Below, one piece after another: positions 40,919 to 50,699 of a stretch of 64,000 nt of DNA. Every line of letters begins with the position of its first letter. Position 1 is the stretch's first letter. Origin of the DNA: a virus. Below the pieces are notes generated by a model. It made no database searches, was not told where the DNA came from, and saw nothing but the letters and a program-made list of their open reading frames with translations. The DNA is taken from positions 28,613 to 92,612 of IMG/VR virus record IMGVR_UViG_3300033004_000001. One strand, given 5' to 3'. The translations under genes and the position numbers were made by a program.

Positions 40919-42786
40919 TAAAATAATGTTAGTTGTTTCTCTTCTACTATGTCAATGATTTTATTACATTCATTAATATAATATTGATAATTTATATTAT
41001 AATCTTTAATTGGTTTTTGTATAAATTTATTAAAGATAGTTATTAACCATCCTTTTTCTATATTTGATTCTCGTCCATCTTTATGAACTTTCATTAATGT
41101 TGAACCTAAATTAGATATATAATATCTTATATTTTTTTGTTGTTTGTCAATTTGTGGTTGTAAATCTTTGTTTGTATATCTAATTTCAGATGTCCATCCT
41201 TCTGTAGCTCTAAATCTCTTACAAAAGTCAAATATATTATTATGATTAATTATTGTATCTTTAATAGGAATTCCTTTTAAAAAATAATCTGATAGTGCAA
41301 TTGGTACTATTTTCATAGACATATCTTTATGATATACTCTTTTTCCATTCATCATTGGAATTATTTCAAATGCACCTTTATATTTTGGTTTACCTTCAAT
41401 TGTTCTTGCTATATAATTATTAACATCTCGGATAACCATTAGTTCATAGAAACTACTCTCTAATACTAGTCCTGTTAATCCTTGCCACCAATCCATTATA
41501 CCTTGTACTTTTTCTATATCTTTCTTTTTATATCTTAATGTTAATCCATCTGTGTTAGCTTGTATCATTGTACAATCTATATAGTCTACTAACTCTTCGG
41601 CTAACATTGATAGTAATAATTGTCCATTAATTGTAATTTGCATAGTAAACGTTGGATCATAGAAAAATGAATATATATCATTAGATTTACCAAATACAGC
41701 AGTTAATGCTTGTTTTAATCCTCCATTTTTAGCTGATCCTTTAATAGTAAGTTTTCTCTCTTGATATAGTTTGTTATAAGTTGTTATAAAAGATTCACCT
41801 AAATGTTTTGGTTTAAATTTATTAACTATAGCAATATTTGGATAAAATGATGATACATCAATATCATGAATAACTTCATCTTCTTTTGGTTTATATATTC
41901 CAGGCTTTATACAGCCATGTAATCCACCTAATCCAAAATCATATTTAAATCCTTTATATATAACTGATTCTTCTAGAGATTTTCTAGTTTCAATTATATT
42001 TTTATTCCTATACTTTCCTAATAACTCATTAAATTCATTACTATAAAATTTGATATATGGAAGTATGCAATCATTAAGATTAATAGAACTTCTATAAGTT
42101 CTCATTCTCTTTAATTCCTTTATAGGAATATTCATTTCTTCACTAAGTAACTTAGCAAAGATTTCACTTCCAATTTTTGGTTCATTAGCATTTAACAGAT
42201 CTATCCCATACTCTTTACTAAGTTGCTTTCGCATTTCTACTTCATCTATATTTAATTTATAGAATTCATAAGTAGCAATAACATCATTTAAATTATAATC
42301 TAATATTCGTTGAACTTCATCATTTGTTACCTCATGATTAAATTTAAATGGAGTATCGTCTATGTTATCAAGATTAATAGCAATCTCTACTGCCTTTAAC
42401 GATGTTCTTTTAGATTTATTATCAAAATGATTAATTCTATATAAATCTAGTTGTGGAATTTTAACTTTCCAATATGGAATTTCACTAAATTCTGTATCTA
42501 AAACTATCTTAGTATGATGATAAATAGCTTCTGTTAAGTTGTCTGAATCTCTTTTAAGATGATCTTTATGTTCTAAAATGTAATGGATGATAGGATAGTC
42601 AAACTTTAAGTTATTGAATCCTATCAATCCACTGACTTCCTCCTCTAGGAAGTGTATGTATTCATCAAAATCATTTCTGCTCTTATGAATGACGAATTGT
42701 TTGGTAATTTGGGTATCTCTGTTTAAGAAAGTGCAGGAATGGAAATTAGAAAAACATTCTATATCATATATCCAAACACTTTTCAT
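40918..42786 (-). CDS. family B DNA polymerase with 3'-5' exonuclease
   Basis: YDIE (ExoI), FNNLKFD (ExoII), YNLND (ExoIII), DVSSFYPN (A), KQALTAVFG (B), NTDG (C). Confidence 0.9.
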   Translation of the reverse strand: MKSVWIYDIECFSNFHSCTFLNRDTQITKQFVIHKSRNDFDEYIHFLEEEVSGLIGFNNLKFDYPIIHYILEHKDHLKRDSDNLTEAIYHHTKIVLDTEFSEIPYWKVKIPQLDLYRINHFDNKSKRTSLKAVEIAINLDNIDDTPFKFNHEVTNDEVQRILDYNLNDVIATYEFYKLNIDEVEMRKQLSKEYGIDLLNANEPKIGSEIFAKLLSEEMNIPIKELKRMRTYRSSINLNDCILPYIKFYSNEFNELLGKYRNKNIIETRKSLEESVIYKGFKYDFGLGGLHGCIKPGIYKPKEDEVIHDIDVSSFYPNIAIVNKFKPKHLGESFITTYNKLYQERKLTIKGSAKNGGLKQALTAVFGKSNDIYSFFYDPTFTMQITINGQLLLSMLAEELVDYIDCTMIQANTDGLTLRYKKKDIEKVQGIMDWWQGLTGLVLESSFYELMVIRDVNNYIARTIEGKPKYKGAFEIIPMMNGKRVYHKDMSMKIVPIALSDYFLKGIPIKDTIINHNNIFDFCKRFRATEGWTSEIRYTNKDLQPQIDKQQKNIRYYISNLGSTLMKVHKDGRESNIEKGWLITIFNKFIQKPIKDYNINYQYYINECNKIIDIVEEKQLTLF

Positions 42787-42805
42787 TTGTTTAACTTTAC
42801 TTAAC

Positions 42806-43021
42806 TTATTGTACGTTTAATATCCTCTTAAGTTCTACTGAAGAAAATATAAATTTTGAGTATATGAATGTATCAAATTTAATATCTCTACATTTTCCAC
42901 ATACTATGTATATATCTATTCCTCTTGGATAGTATTTTCCATAACATGTTGTTCTAGTACAGAATTCTATATAAACAATATCATAGATATATTTATCCTT
43001 TATCTGAATGATTAAGTTCAT
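42806..43021 (-). CDS. small Cys-containing hypothetical protein
   Basis: ORF fills gap in codirectional block. Confidence 0.4.
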   Translation of the reverse strand: MNLIIQIKDKYIYDIVYIEFCTRTTCYGKYYPRGIDIYIVCGKCRDIKFDTFIYSKFIFSSVELKRILNVQ

Positions 43022-44453
43022 ATTTTTCTCTTTGTAGTTTAATCTGCTCTTTTGTTCTATGTCTCTTATGAACTACTATCTTTTTAACTTTAGTTTTATT
43101 TCTAAGACCAAAGTCTTTGTCTCCCCATTTCTTTTTCTTTTCTTCTTTATTAGTAGTCCAAGGTGGATGTAATTCAGGGTAATTTCTTTTGTAAGTTACT
43201 ATTTCTTCAATTTTCTTACTACCATCCTTCATCTTAGTTATTAGAACTCGTTTCTTGGGCTCTAAGGAGCTCACCATTGAACGATCTCCATTAAGTTGAT
43301 GTATAGTATCACTTTTCATATATCGTTCAGCTACGGCTTTATAATAAGGCTTTACTGTTTTTAAGACAACCTTATCTTTATACATTTTATTGTATGCTTT
43401 AGTTATAGCTTTTCCTTTACTGGAAGCTTTAACTACAAACTTCTTTTCTTCATATATTTCTTTTCCAACTGCACTTGGAATATCTTTAATAAGAGTTACA
43501 TTCCAGAAAGTTGACTTTTCTTGTATCCTACCTGGATGAGATCTTTTAGATTTATATCCATTTGAAGTTAAAATTCTTTTAGTTGAACTCTTTGGTGGAA
43601 TATATTTTTCTCTAGGAGTATAAAATTGATTTCCTAAAGCTGGAGTTAATGAATTTCCAGCAACTGGTCTCATTCTTCTTTTACCTTCTTTTTTAGATAT
43701 ATATTCCCATTTATCTTTACCAGTATTTGGTGATCCAAGATAATTTGGGCCATTAGCTTCCCACCAAGGAACTCTAGCTATTTGTTTACCATCTTTAGTA
43801 GCTATATATACTAATCTTTTTGGAGATTTTTCTGGTTGTCTAATAAAATGTTTAAGCCTATCCTCTCTTCCTTTGATAGTCCATATTGGTTTCCATCCTT
43901 CTTTTATAGAAGTAAATCGTTTAGTATATTTATTAATATTATCTACTATAGTTAAAAATTTAGGAATAATTGGTTTTAATATATTTATTGATTTCCATAT
44001 TATTTTTCCTTTTTTCTTTCCTTTTATAAATATATGATTTATAAATGTATTTTTTATATATAAATTAGATAATATTTTTAAATTAGGTCTTATTAAATCA
44101 AAATCTAATTTATACTTTGATTTTTCAGTTTTACTTTCATATACTGGCATATTGTCAATTTTTTCAGCTTTCTTAATCCGAATATATCCATTTTCTAGAT
44201 AATTCTCCAGCCATTTTTGTACATGTTTATGATCATTATTATTTCCTACTATGTATTCTTTCCAAAATGGTTCTATTTCAAAATCAGTTGGTGCATAGAA
44301 AGGTCTAGTTTTACCTTCTTTAGTTCTAGTTATTGTAAGTTCTGCGAATTCATATTTAAATCCTTCAACAAACTCTTCTTTAGTAGGAATTCTATATTGA
44401 TAACACCAATCTCCATAGTCTTTATATTTACACCATATCGCTATTGGATTCAT
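42993..44453 (-). CDS. highly basic hypothetical protein
   Basis: 486 aa, K/R-rich; N-terminal YRIPTKEEFVEGFKYE. Confidence 0.6.
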   Translation of the reverse strand: MNPIAIWCKYKDYGDWCYQYRIPTKEEFVEGFKYEFAELTITRTKEGKTRPFYAPTDFEIEPFWKEYIVGNNNDHKHVQKWLENYLENGYIRIKKAEKIDNMPVYESKTEKSKYKLDFDLIRPNLKILSNLYIKNTFINHIFIKGKKKGKIIWKSINILKPIIPKFLTIVDNINKYTKRFTSIKEGWKPIWTIKGREDRLKHFIRQPEKSPKRLVYIATKDGKQIARVPWWEANGPNYLGSPNTGKDKWEYISKKEGKRRMRPVAGNSLTPALGNQFYTPREKYIPPKSSTKRILTSNGYKSKRSHPGRIQEKSTFWNVTLIKDIPSAVGKEIYEEKKFVVKASSKGKAITKAYNKMYKDKVVLKTVKPYYKAVAERYMKSDTIHQLNGDRSMVSSLEPKKRVLITKMKDGSKKIEEIVTYKRNYPELHPPWTTNKEEKKKKWGDKDFGLRNKTKVKKIVVHKRHRTKEQIKLQREKYELNHSDKG

Positions 44454-44769
44454 ATTTAAATTTTAACTTTTGATGTCTTAGTCTTCTATTATTGACTTTC
44501 TGCATCTTTTTTTCATTATTTGGTTGAGATCTACAAATTCTTCCATCTCCACTTCTAATAGGATTAATTAGAGTAGGTAATTGTCCTGGAAATCTTTTAG
44601 GTTCTCTTTTATTTTGTTTGTCTATTTTTGGTTTCATACGTTTGTATTCATGATTCATTCTCCACATTAACATTTCATAATGTCTATTATAATTCCTTTT
44701 TCTTTCTTCTTCTGTAAACGGATATGGATAGAACTCATGATCTGGTATTGGTCTATATTCTTCTATCAT
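44428..44769 (-). CDS. basic hypothetical protein
   Basis: Coupled to ung (ATGA overlap). Confidence 0.5.
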   Translation of the reverse strand: MIEEYRPIPDHEFYPYPFTEEERKRNYNRHYEMLMWRMNHEYKRMKPKIDKQNKREPKRFPGQLPTLINPIRSGDGRICRSQPNNEKKMQKVNNRRLRHQKLKFKYESNSDMV

Positions 44770-45449
44770 ATCTGCCAGTTTATTTCTGTTAATCCCTGAC
44801 TTGCAAGGATTTTATTAGTTTGACTGAAATGTTTACATCCAAAGAATCCATAAGTTGCTGAATATGGACTAGGATGAGCTGCTTTTAATACATAGTGTTT
44901 CTTTATATCTATTAGTTTTTCTTTTTCTTTTGCGTAATTACCCCATAATAAGAATACTATTCCTGATCTGTATCGAGATAATTGAGTAATAGTACCATTA
45001 GTTAGAGTCTGCCATCCTAATAATGATCCATGAGATTTTGATAATCCTTTTCTAACTGTTAATACTGAATTTAATAAAAGAACTCCTTGATCAGCCCATT
45101 GCTGTAAGCATCCGTGTTCTGGAATATCTATTCCAATATCTGAATCTAATTCTTGGAATATATTATGTAGTGATGGCGGAATATCCATTCCTTCTGAAAC
45201 TGAGAAAGCTAATCCATGAGCTTCTCCTTCATTGATGTATGGATCTTGTCCTATTATAACTACTTTAGTACTTTCAAAGGAACAACTATTATAAGCGTTT
45301 AGAATATTTGATACTTCTGGATAGATTATATAGTTTTCTCTTTCTTCCTTTAATATTTTCATAGTTTTTTTAAAACTATCAGATATGAAATAACTTTTTA
45401 ATATTTCATACCATCCATCTTCTATCTGAAGAATATCAACTTGTTTCAT
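44766..45449 (-). CDS. ung: uracil-DNA glycosylase, family 1
   Basis: KVVIIGQDPY, AHGLAFSV, PPSL.NI, WADQGVLLLN, FLLWG, HPSP. Confidence 0.95.
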   Translation of the reverse strand: MKQVDILQIEDGWYEILKSYFISDSFKKTMKILKEERENYIIYPEVSNILNAYNSCSFESTKVVIIGQDPYINEGEAHGLAFSVSEGMDIPPSLHNIFQELDSDIGIDIPEHGCLQQWADQGVLLLNSVLTVRKGLSKSHGSLLGWQTLTNGTITQLSRYRSGIVFLLWGNYAKEKEKLIDIKKHYVLKAAHPSPYSATYGFFGCKHFSQTNKILASQGLTEINWQI

Positions 45450-45450
45450 T

Positions 45451-45657
45451 TTATTCAGAGAATTTACTATTAATTGAACTACTGATTGGATCTTCTTCTC
45501 CTTTAAGTTCTTTACATCTTTTCCAATAATAATCTGAATTTAGATAAGGTTTAGCTAATTCTAATTCAGATAATCTAGTTTTATCTTCTACTACTTTACA
45601 AGTTGATTGTATACAAGTAGTTGGATCTTTTGGACATTGTTCACATATTTTATTCAT
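45451..45657 (-). CDS. small Cys-containing hypothetical protein
   Basis: CxxC...C...C; coupled ORF. Confidence 0.45.
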   Translation of the reverse strand: MNKICEQCPKDPTTCIQSTCKVVEDKTRLSELELAKPYLNSDYYWKRCKELKGEEDPISSSINSKFSE

Positions 45658-46081
45658 CTTCTTCTAATTTTTCATTTTTGATAGCATCTTGAATTAGTTT
45701 ACAGTTAAGTTTGATTTCCTCTTCTGTACATAATAAGTATAATAGACAATCTTTACATTTATCATTAAGGCAGTCTATTCCTGCTTTTATTCTTCTATTC
45801 ATCTCAGCAATAACCAATGATGTTCCTATTGTCATTTGCTCGAGTTTAGTTTTTTTATGAATCTGTTTAAGATAGTCTAATGGCCATTCTCCTTTCGGAA
45901 TATTTGCTTCGTTTGATAATAAACAATAATGTCCAAACATTAGAAGTTGTCCTTTAGTATACTTTGCATCAGTTTCTGGAGTGAATCCTAATTTTTTATG
46001 ATTAAGTAATTCATCCATAACTAATCTTAATGCTTCATTTTCTTTTATAAGATCTAAGTATTTATTAATTATTTCTTCCAT
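45650..46081 (-). CDS. phage hypothetical protein
   Basis: GFTPETD..Y..GQL...WP...LVIAEMNR resembles a widespread phage G(W/F)TPEHDD...WP...ALIxAEIxR family; Cys-rich tail. Confidence 0.5.
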   Translation of the reverse strand: MEEIINKYLDLIKENEALRLVMDELLNHKKLGFTPETDAKYTKGQLLMFGHYCLLSNEANIPKGEWPLDYLKQIHKKTKLEQMTIGTSLVIAEMNRRIKAGIDCLNDKCKDCLLYLLCTEEEIKLNCKLIQDAIKNEKLEEDE

Positions 46082-46095
46082 AATTTTAAGTTAAA

Positions 46096-46117
46096 AAGCC
46101 CCTAATTAAAGGGGCTT
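46096..46117 (-). terminator. intrinsic terminator
   Basis: AAGCCCCT-aattaa-AGGGGCTT with T-run on minus strand. Confidence 0.75.
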
Positions 46118-46136
46118 AGAATACAAAAGTTTATTT

Positions 46137-46658
46137 TTAATTCTCCACTGTATCTAAGAAATCACTCATTTCTTTAGTAATCTCAATAGAGATATTATTA
46201 TCTTTATTAAATTTAGCTACTTTTTCTCTTATTAATCGAATATCTTTATCAAGTTGTCTTGTTGATTCAAGTATATCTTTTAGTTTAAGAAAAGCAACTT
46301 TTTCAGTTACTATTGGTTCATTTATTTTTCCTTCGGTAGTATCTATTCTGAGTAAATGAGATTTCTCTCTTTCTAACTCAGATAGAGTTTTGATATACCA
46401 AGCATTACAATTTTCTTCGTCCTTTGATTTTTTGAGATTTGTGGACATAATAGCTAAGTAGAGAATCTTTAACAAACTAGATTTCATCTCTTTATTTTTT
46501 CTTAGCTTTTCTATGTCAACTGGCCTGTTATTTCCAACTGTAATTGAATTATGTTTTTCAATTAATTTGTTGTCATAATCTATACTAAGAGTTTTTCTTC
46601 TATCTTCAAGAATATTCTTAAGGTCAGTAGCTTTTTGAAGATTTAATATTCTTTTCAT
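46137..46658 (-). CDS. helical hypothetical protein (weak DIP1984/DUF6847-like pattern)
   Basis: L..A..LKN.L ... L.LAI...N ... I..LSEL ... I.E.V..FN; by-eye similarity only. Confidence 0.45.
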   Translation of the reverse strand: MKRILNLQKATDLKNILEDRRKTLSIDYDNKLIEKHNSITVGNNRPVDIEKLRKNKEMKSSLLKILYLAIMSTNLKKSKDEENCNAWYIKTLSELEREKSHLLRIDTTEGKINEPIVTEKVAFLKLKDILESTRQLDKDIRLIREKVAKFNKDNNISIEITKEMSDFLDTVEN

Positions 46659-46705
46659 TTGATTTATTTAGTAAATCTGGCCACTTTTTGATCTACATGA
46701 AATTA

Positions 46706-46793
46706 ATAATCCCCAGATCATCATCTTAATACATACTTGGGAAAAATTTACTTCGCCTAAGTGTCTAGCATTTAGATTATATCTAGGGATTAT
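46706..46793 (-). promoter_or_regulatory. intergenic long-stem RNA element
   Basis: Minus ATAATCCCTAGAT / ATCTGGGGATTAT, 13 bp including one G-U, plus inner helices. Confidence 0.65.
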
Positions 46794-46807
46794 ATATTAT
46801 TAAGCGT

Positions 46808-47446
46808 TTACATTAACGCTATAAATGACTTTATGCTTTTTATTGTTATTACAGAGTCTTCATTAAGATAAATCTTGTTTTGTTTTGCAATTGTTGAGTT
46901 TTTATCTCCAACTACATAACTATCAGGCTTTCCAATTGTACTTGGCCTAAAGATTGCCAAATATAAATCTACGGAATTATGTATTTTATATTTCTGACTG
47001 ATAATTAACAAGTATTTCCTCACATAGTCTAACTGATCTAATGTACACATCCTTTTTAATTCTGATGTATCTGTACCTAAATAATTAGCTGTACTTGGAA
47101 GGAATCCTATTAAACCAGTTGCTCCACTATATGGATTAACTGCATCAGGATTTCCACCGCTTTCTGGTTTAAAGACTTTGTATAACCATTTTGATTGAAT
47201 TCCTACTTCTTTACAAATTTCTCTAACTTTTAATCTACATTGTTTATCAAATTTGTCAGTCATTTTAAGTTTTCTTAAAGTAATTAGATCTTCATGATCA
47301 TCTTTTTCTAAGATTGCTTGAGTTTTTATAAAGTTTTCCATCCCAATTTGCTCTTTTACTATTCTATTTTGTAATTCAATTGGTAAATTTGGAGCAAAGA
47401 TTAACTGAGATAAAAATAGTAGAAATACTATTAAATAGTTTTTCAT
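46808..47446 (-). CDS. lytic transglycosylase (SLT-like) with N-terminal signal/anchor
   Basis: Catalytic ES motif in PESGGNPDAVNPYSGATGLIGF; hydrophobic N-terminus. Confidence 0.8.
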   Translation of the reverse strand: MKNYLIVFLLFLSQLIFAPNLPIELQNRIVKEQIGMENFIKTQAILEKDDHEDLITLRKLKMTDKFDKQCRLKVREICKEVGIQSKWLYKVFKPESGGNPDAVNPYSGATGLIGFLPSTANYLGTDTSELKRMCTLDQLDYVRKYLLIISQKYKIHNSVDLYLAIFRPSTIGKPDSYVVGDKNSTIAKQNKIYLNEDSVITIKSIKSFIALM

Positions 47447-47696
47447 ACAATGAAATTTCGTTAATACTATGACACTTTAGAAATAGTGTCGATTATAGTT
47501 TACGTAATTTCCCTTGATATGGTTACCTTTTGATTTCTAAACTAGGTTTTGTCACTTCAGTTGCTACATCTTGATTATAGCTTTTCATATTGTCGTTTTG
47601 ATTAACAACGTTACAGGAATGCCCCGTGAAGGCAGTGACTTATTCCCATCAGCTGACCGAAGTCAGCTTAATTTGTGATTGACTCTATTGCAGTCC

Positions 47697-48284
47697 CTAC
47701 GATTGCAATAGTAAAAATTTAGCCCTTTCGAACTTATCAATAATTGATTCATTCATCAGAGAATTGTATAAATTTCGTATGTATTCTATTTTTTTAGCTT
47801 TTATTCGATAACAAACTGGTTTCTTCTTGATTTTTTCTTTCTGATTTATGATGAAACCTATTGTTTCGCAATTAGAGTTCTCAGGCAGTAATAAACTATT
47901 CTTTTTAACTAGTATTTCTAGTTTAGGTTCTCTTCTTATTTTGAGAAATTCACTATATAACCAATTAATTACATTTCCTGCATTACTATGAATTATATAT
48001 TCTAAGTATGATTTATATACTGGAACATACAAATTATCTCCCTGTCTGAATTTTGACAATCGTTCAGGAATTTGAGTAATACATAATTCACTTACATGTA
48101 TAGATTTATAAGATGAATACCAATATTTTCTTAGAATTACTACTCCATTATTTCTTACAAAGATGAATTTGACCTCAGGAAATAATACTTTTATCATTTC
48201 CTTAAGTTTTCTTCTTCGAAGTTTATTTAATTTAAATATTGATTCCATGATTTGATTTATCTTCTTCTTCTCATGTTTTACCAA
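47697..48284 (-). CDS. hypothetical protein
   Basis: ORF track; exact start uncertain. Confidence 0.5.
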   Translation of the reverse strand: MVKHEKKKINQIMESIFKLNKLRRRKLKEMIKVLFPEVKFIFVRNNGVVILRKYWYSSYKSIHVSELCITQIPERLSKFRQGDNLYVPVYKSYLEYIIHSNAGNVINWLYSEFLKIRREPKLEILVKKNSLLLPENSNCETIGFIINQKEKIKKKPVCYRIKAKKIEYIRNLYNSLMNESIIDKFERAKFLLLQS

Positions 48285-48633
48285 GTTTATTTAAAGCGTG
48301 ATACAAATAGATATTTTTCTGTATCATATTACCAATCCTCAGCAATACCTTCGTCTTTGTTTTTGGATATAGTAATACTTTATCTTCAGGAATATCATAA
48401 AGAGTATAATTTTTCATATAATATTCTTCTGTATGAAAATTATATTCTTCATAATATGTATTAGTTTCTTCTCCTTGAATGACATACGAATTGCAACTAC
48501 TATGATTAGAAATAGCATATGTTATATGCTTATTATAATCATTTTCACTACTAATATACGTAGTCTTTTCTTCCTTGCCCAAGGATACTGCAAAAGTTAA
48601 AGCAAGAAAGAGGATTATGTTTTTCAATTTCAT
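48271..48633 (-). CDS. secreted hypothetical protein
   Basis: N-terminal signal-peptide-like MKLKNIILFLALTFAVSLG. Confidence 0.5.
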   Translation of the reverse strand: MKLKNIILFLALTFAVSLGKEEKTTYISSENDYNKHITYAISNHSSCNSYVIQGEETNTYYEEYNFHTEEYYMKNYTLYDIPEDKVLLYPKTKTKVLLRIGNMIQKNIYLYHALNKLGKT

Positions 48634-48646
48634 TTTTGATTAGAAA

Positions 48647-49219
48647 TTAAATTAATAAATTAATAAGTTCTTTCATTGTTAAGTACTCATTATTAAATAG
48701 AAATGATAAAGTATAATACAAATATAATTGACAAATTGCTAGAAATATAAACATGAAGAATCCTCTAATTATAGCTATTTTCCAATCTATTTTGTTATCT
48801 ACATACAGAGCTTTTAAGTATAATCCTGCTGCAAAAAACATTATTACTATACTTATCCATTTAATTAGAGTATCATTTCGTATTCTCTTAACTATAAAAT
48901 TACTACTTCCAAGTCCATATTTTTCAAGAATTACTTCCTTGGTTGAAGGAAGATACTCTTTTGTTATGGCTGGTTTTTCAACTGCTTTTTTTATAAAGTC
49001 AGCTTTCATTTTATTAATGTCTATTGTTGATTTAAGACATTCTTCTAACAAATTACCTGCTTTTAGTTCATATGGCCCTATATTCTTTGCAGTAACATTG
49101 ATATTTACTGTAGAAGTAGAGTCTTTGCTAATTTTTACTTTTTCCTTAGTGGAATAAGCATATGAACTAAAGATAATTGCAGAAGCTATTGCTAATACTA
49201 TATATATAATTTTTTTCAT
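48647..49219 (-). CDS. membrane protein (3 hydrophobic segments)
   Basis: MKKIIYIVLAIASAIIF signal plus two C-terminal TM helices; track start 49240 overlaps upstream ORF. Confidence 0.6.
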   Translation of the reverse strand: MKKIIYIVLAIASAIIFSSYAYSTKEKVKISKDSTSTVNINVTAKNIGPYELKAGNLLEECLKSTIDINKMKADFIKKAVEKPAITKEYLPSTKEVILEKYGLGSSNFIVKRIRNDTLIKWISIVIMFFAAGLYLKALYVDNKIDWKIAIIRGFFMFIFLAICQLYLYYTLSFLFNNEYLTMKELINLLI

Positions 49220-49422
49220 TTTACTGATTTTAAAGGACAATTTTTTGGAAATTGTAATGGATCAGAACATAATCTAGTACTACTTATTGGTTTAGTAATA
49301 TATGGATAATTACATGCATAGTCATTACATATCGTTAATATACGTGTAATCCATAATCCTTTTTTAGAATTTATGCAACTTAATCTATGTGCACATTGTA
49401 ACGGAGTATTTATTATTTTCAT
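49216..49422 (-). CDS. small Cys-rich protein
   Basis: 6 Cys, C-terminal FPKNCPL. Confidence 0.55.
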   Translation of the reverse strand: MKIINTPLQCAHRLSCINSKKGLWITRILTICNDYACNYPYITKPISSTRLCSDPLQFPKNCPLKSVK

Positions 49423-49452
49423 TTTTGATTAATCGATTTGATAAATAAGAAA

Positions 49453-49532
49453 GTAGAGTAAGTTTCTGTCTCTGAACCATACTACGCAGTAACTTGTCGG
49501 ACATCTTGACCTGATTCGGCAACTTACTCTAC
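49453..49532 (-). promoter_or_regulatory. intergenic long-stem RNA element
   Basis: GTAGAGTAAGTT...AACTTACTCTAC 12-bp inverted repeat. Confidence 0.65.
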
Positions 49533-49555
49533 AGTTTATTATTAACCTTTATTTT

Positions 49556-50149
49556 TTAAAACAATGGTTTACCGGCATTAGCTTTTTCAACAATCCTTTC
49601 TAGGTAATTTACGACTTTGAGATTTACTTCAGATACCTTTTTGGCATAACTATGTTCAATTTCAGTCAGTCTCATGTATTCTTTTAAAGCATCTTCCCAA
49701 TTATAGAAGTATGTTTTTGATCTTACTTCTGGATCTAATGGAATGCAAATATTTGGATCTTTGTTAATAATTACATATCCAGGCTTCGATCTTGCGTCAG
49801 TTTCATAGACAAAATTATCATCAACACGGAATCCTTTTACAGATTCCATTGCTTTTAATTCTTTTCTGTCCATTCTTTGCAACTCTTTGTCTTCGTCTAC
49901 TACAAAATATGTATTTATTTTATAGATCATACCTCCATTTTTACTGAGATTTAGGTAGAAATCAGCAAGAAATCCTTTGAATCTTTTTTCACTTGAATCA
50001 TCTTTTACTTTTTCTTTTACTCTTTTGTCGTCTTTTTCATCAGTTAATAGAGATACTCCGTCTCCAGAAGCTTGACATCCGTTTTGATTGGAATCATCAC
50101 AACTTGGCTTTTTGTCATCAAATCTGTGTAAGAAATCTACTTTTTTCAT
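49556..50149 (-). CDS. hypothetical protein
   Basis: ORF track. Confidence 0.6.
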   Translation of the reverse strand: MKKVDFLHRFDDKKPSCDDSNQNGCQASGDGVSLLTDEKDDKRVKEKVKDDSSEKRFKGFLADFYLNLSKNGGMIYKINTYFVVDEDKELQRMDRKELKAMESVKGFRVDDNFVYETDARSKPGYVIINKDPNICIPLDPEVRSKTYFYNWEDALKEYMRLTEIEHSYAKKVSEVNLKVVNYLERIVEKANAGKPLF

Positions 50150-50154
50150 CTTTT

Positions 50155-50673
50155 TTAATTTTGATTAATAAAAATTCTGTTTCTGATTGGATTGATTATA
50201 TTTTCATACATCCAAATAGCTATTTTAAGCAATGGATGATTTATTACTTTATCATCTGATTCGTAGATATCAAATTCTTTTATCCACATAGGTTTGTTAG
50301 AAATTGAATATCCATTTGATACTTTATTTAAATTTTTAATCAGTTTAGGATCTTTTACTACTTCGTAGTATAGTTCACATCTCTGAACTGCTATATTGTA
50401 GTCTGTATAGTCTTTATAAATCTTTAACCATACATTAGCAAATGGTGACCTTGTACTTCCCCATTCTCCTTTTCTACAGCCTTTTTTACCATTTATAGAC
50501 CATACATCTTTATATGGCTTTAAGAAGATATAGTTTCCAGTGTCTTTTACTGTAGAAAAATTCTTGAACTTTTGATATGTCAATTTAATTCCTCCAACTC
50601 CAGGATCTTTAACTGCAACTCCTGGTGGAACTACTTCTGGTGCTTTTATGTCTAGTAATATATATTTGGCCAT
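50155..50673 (-). CDS. hypothetical protein
   Basis: ORF track; preceded by AATCCACTAA motif. Confidence 0.6.
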   Translation of the reverse strand: MAKYILLDIKAPEVVPPGVAVKDPGVGGIKLTYQKFKNFSTVKDTGNYIFLKPYKDVWSINGKKGCRKGEWGSTRSPFANVWLKIYKDYTDYNIAVQRCELYYEVVKDPKLIKNLNKVSNGYSISNKPMWIKEFDIYESDDKVINHPLLKIAIWMYENIINPIRNRIFINQN

Positions 50674-50699
50674 TATTATATTTTTGTTAGTGGATTATT

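Noticed and set aside
47447-47696. tmRNA (short internal ORF plus hairpins)
   Set aside because: No tRNA-like acceptor/T-arm or CCA end, and the peptide lacks an Ala-rich degradation tag
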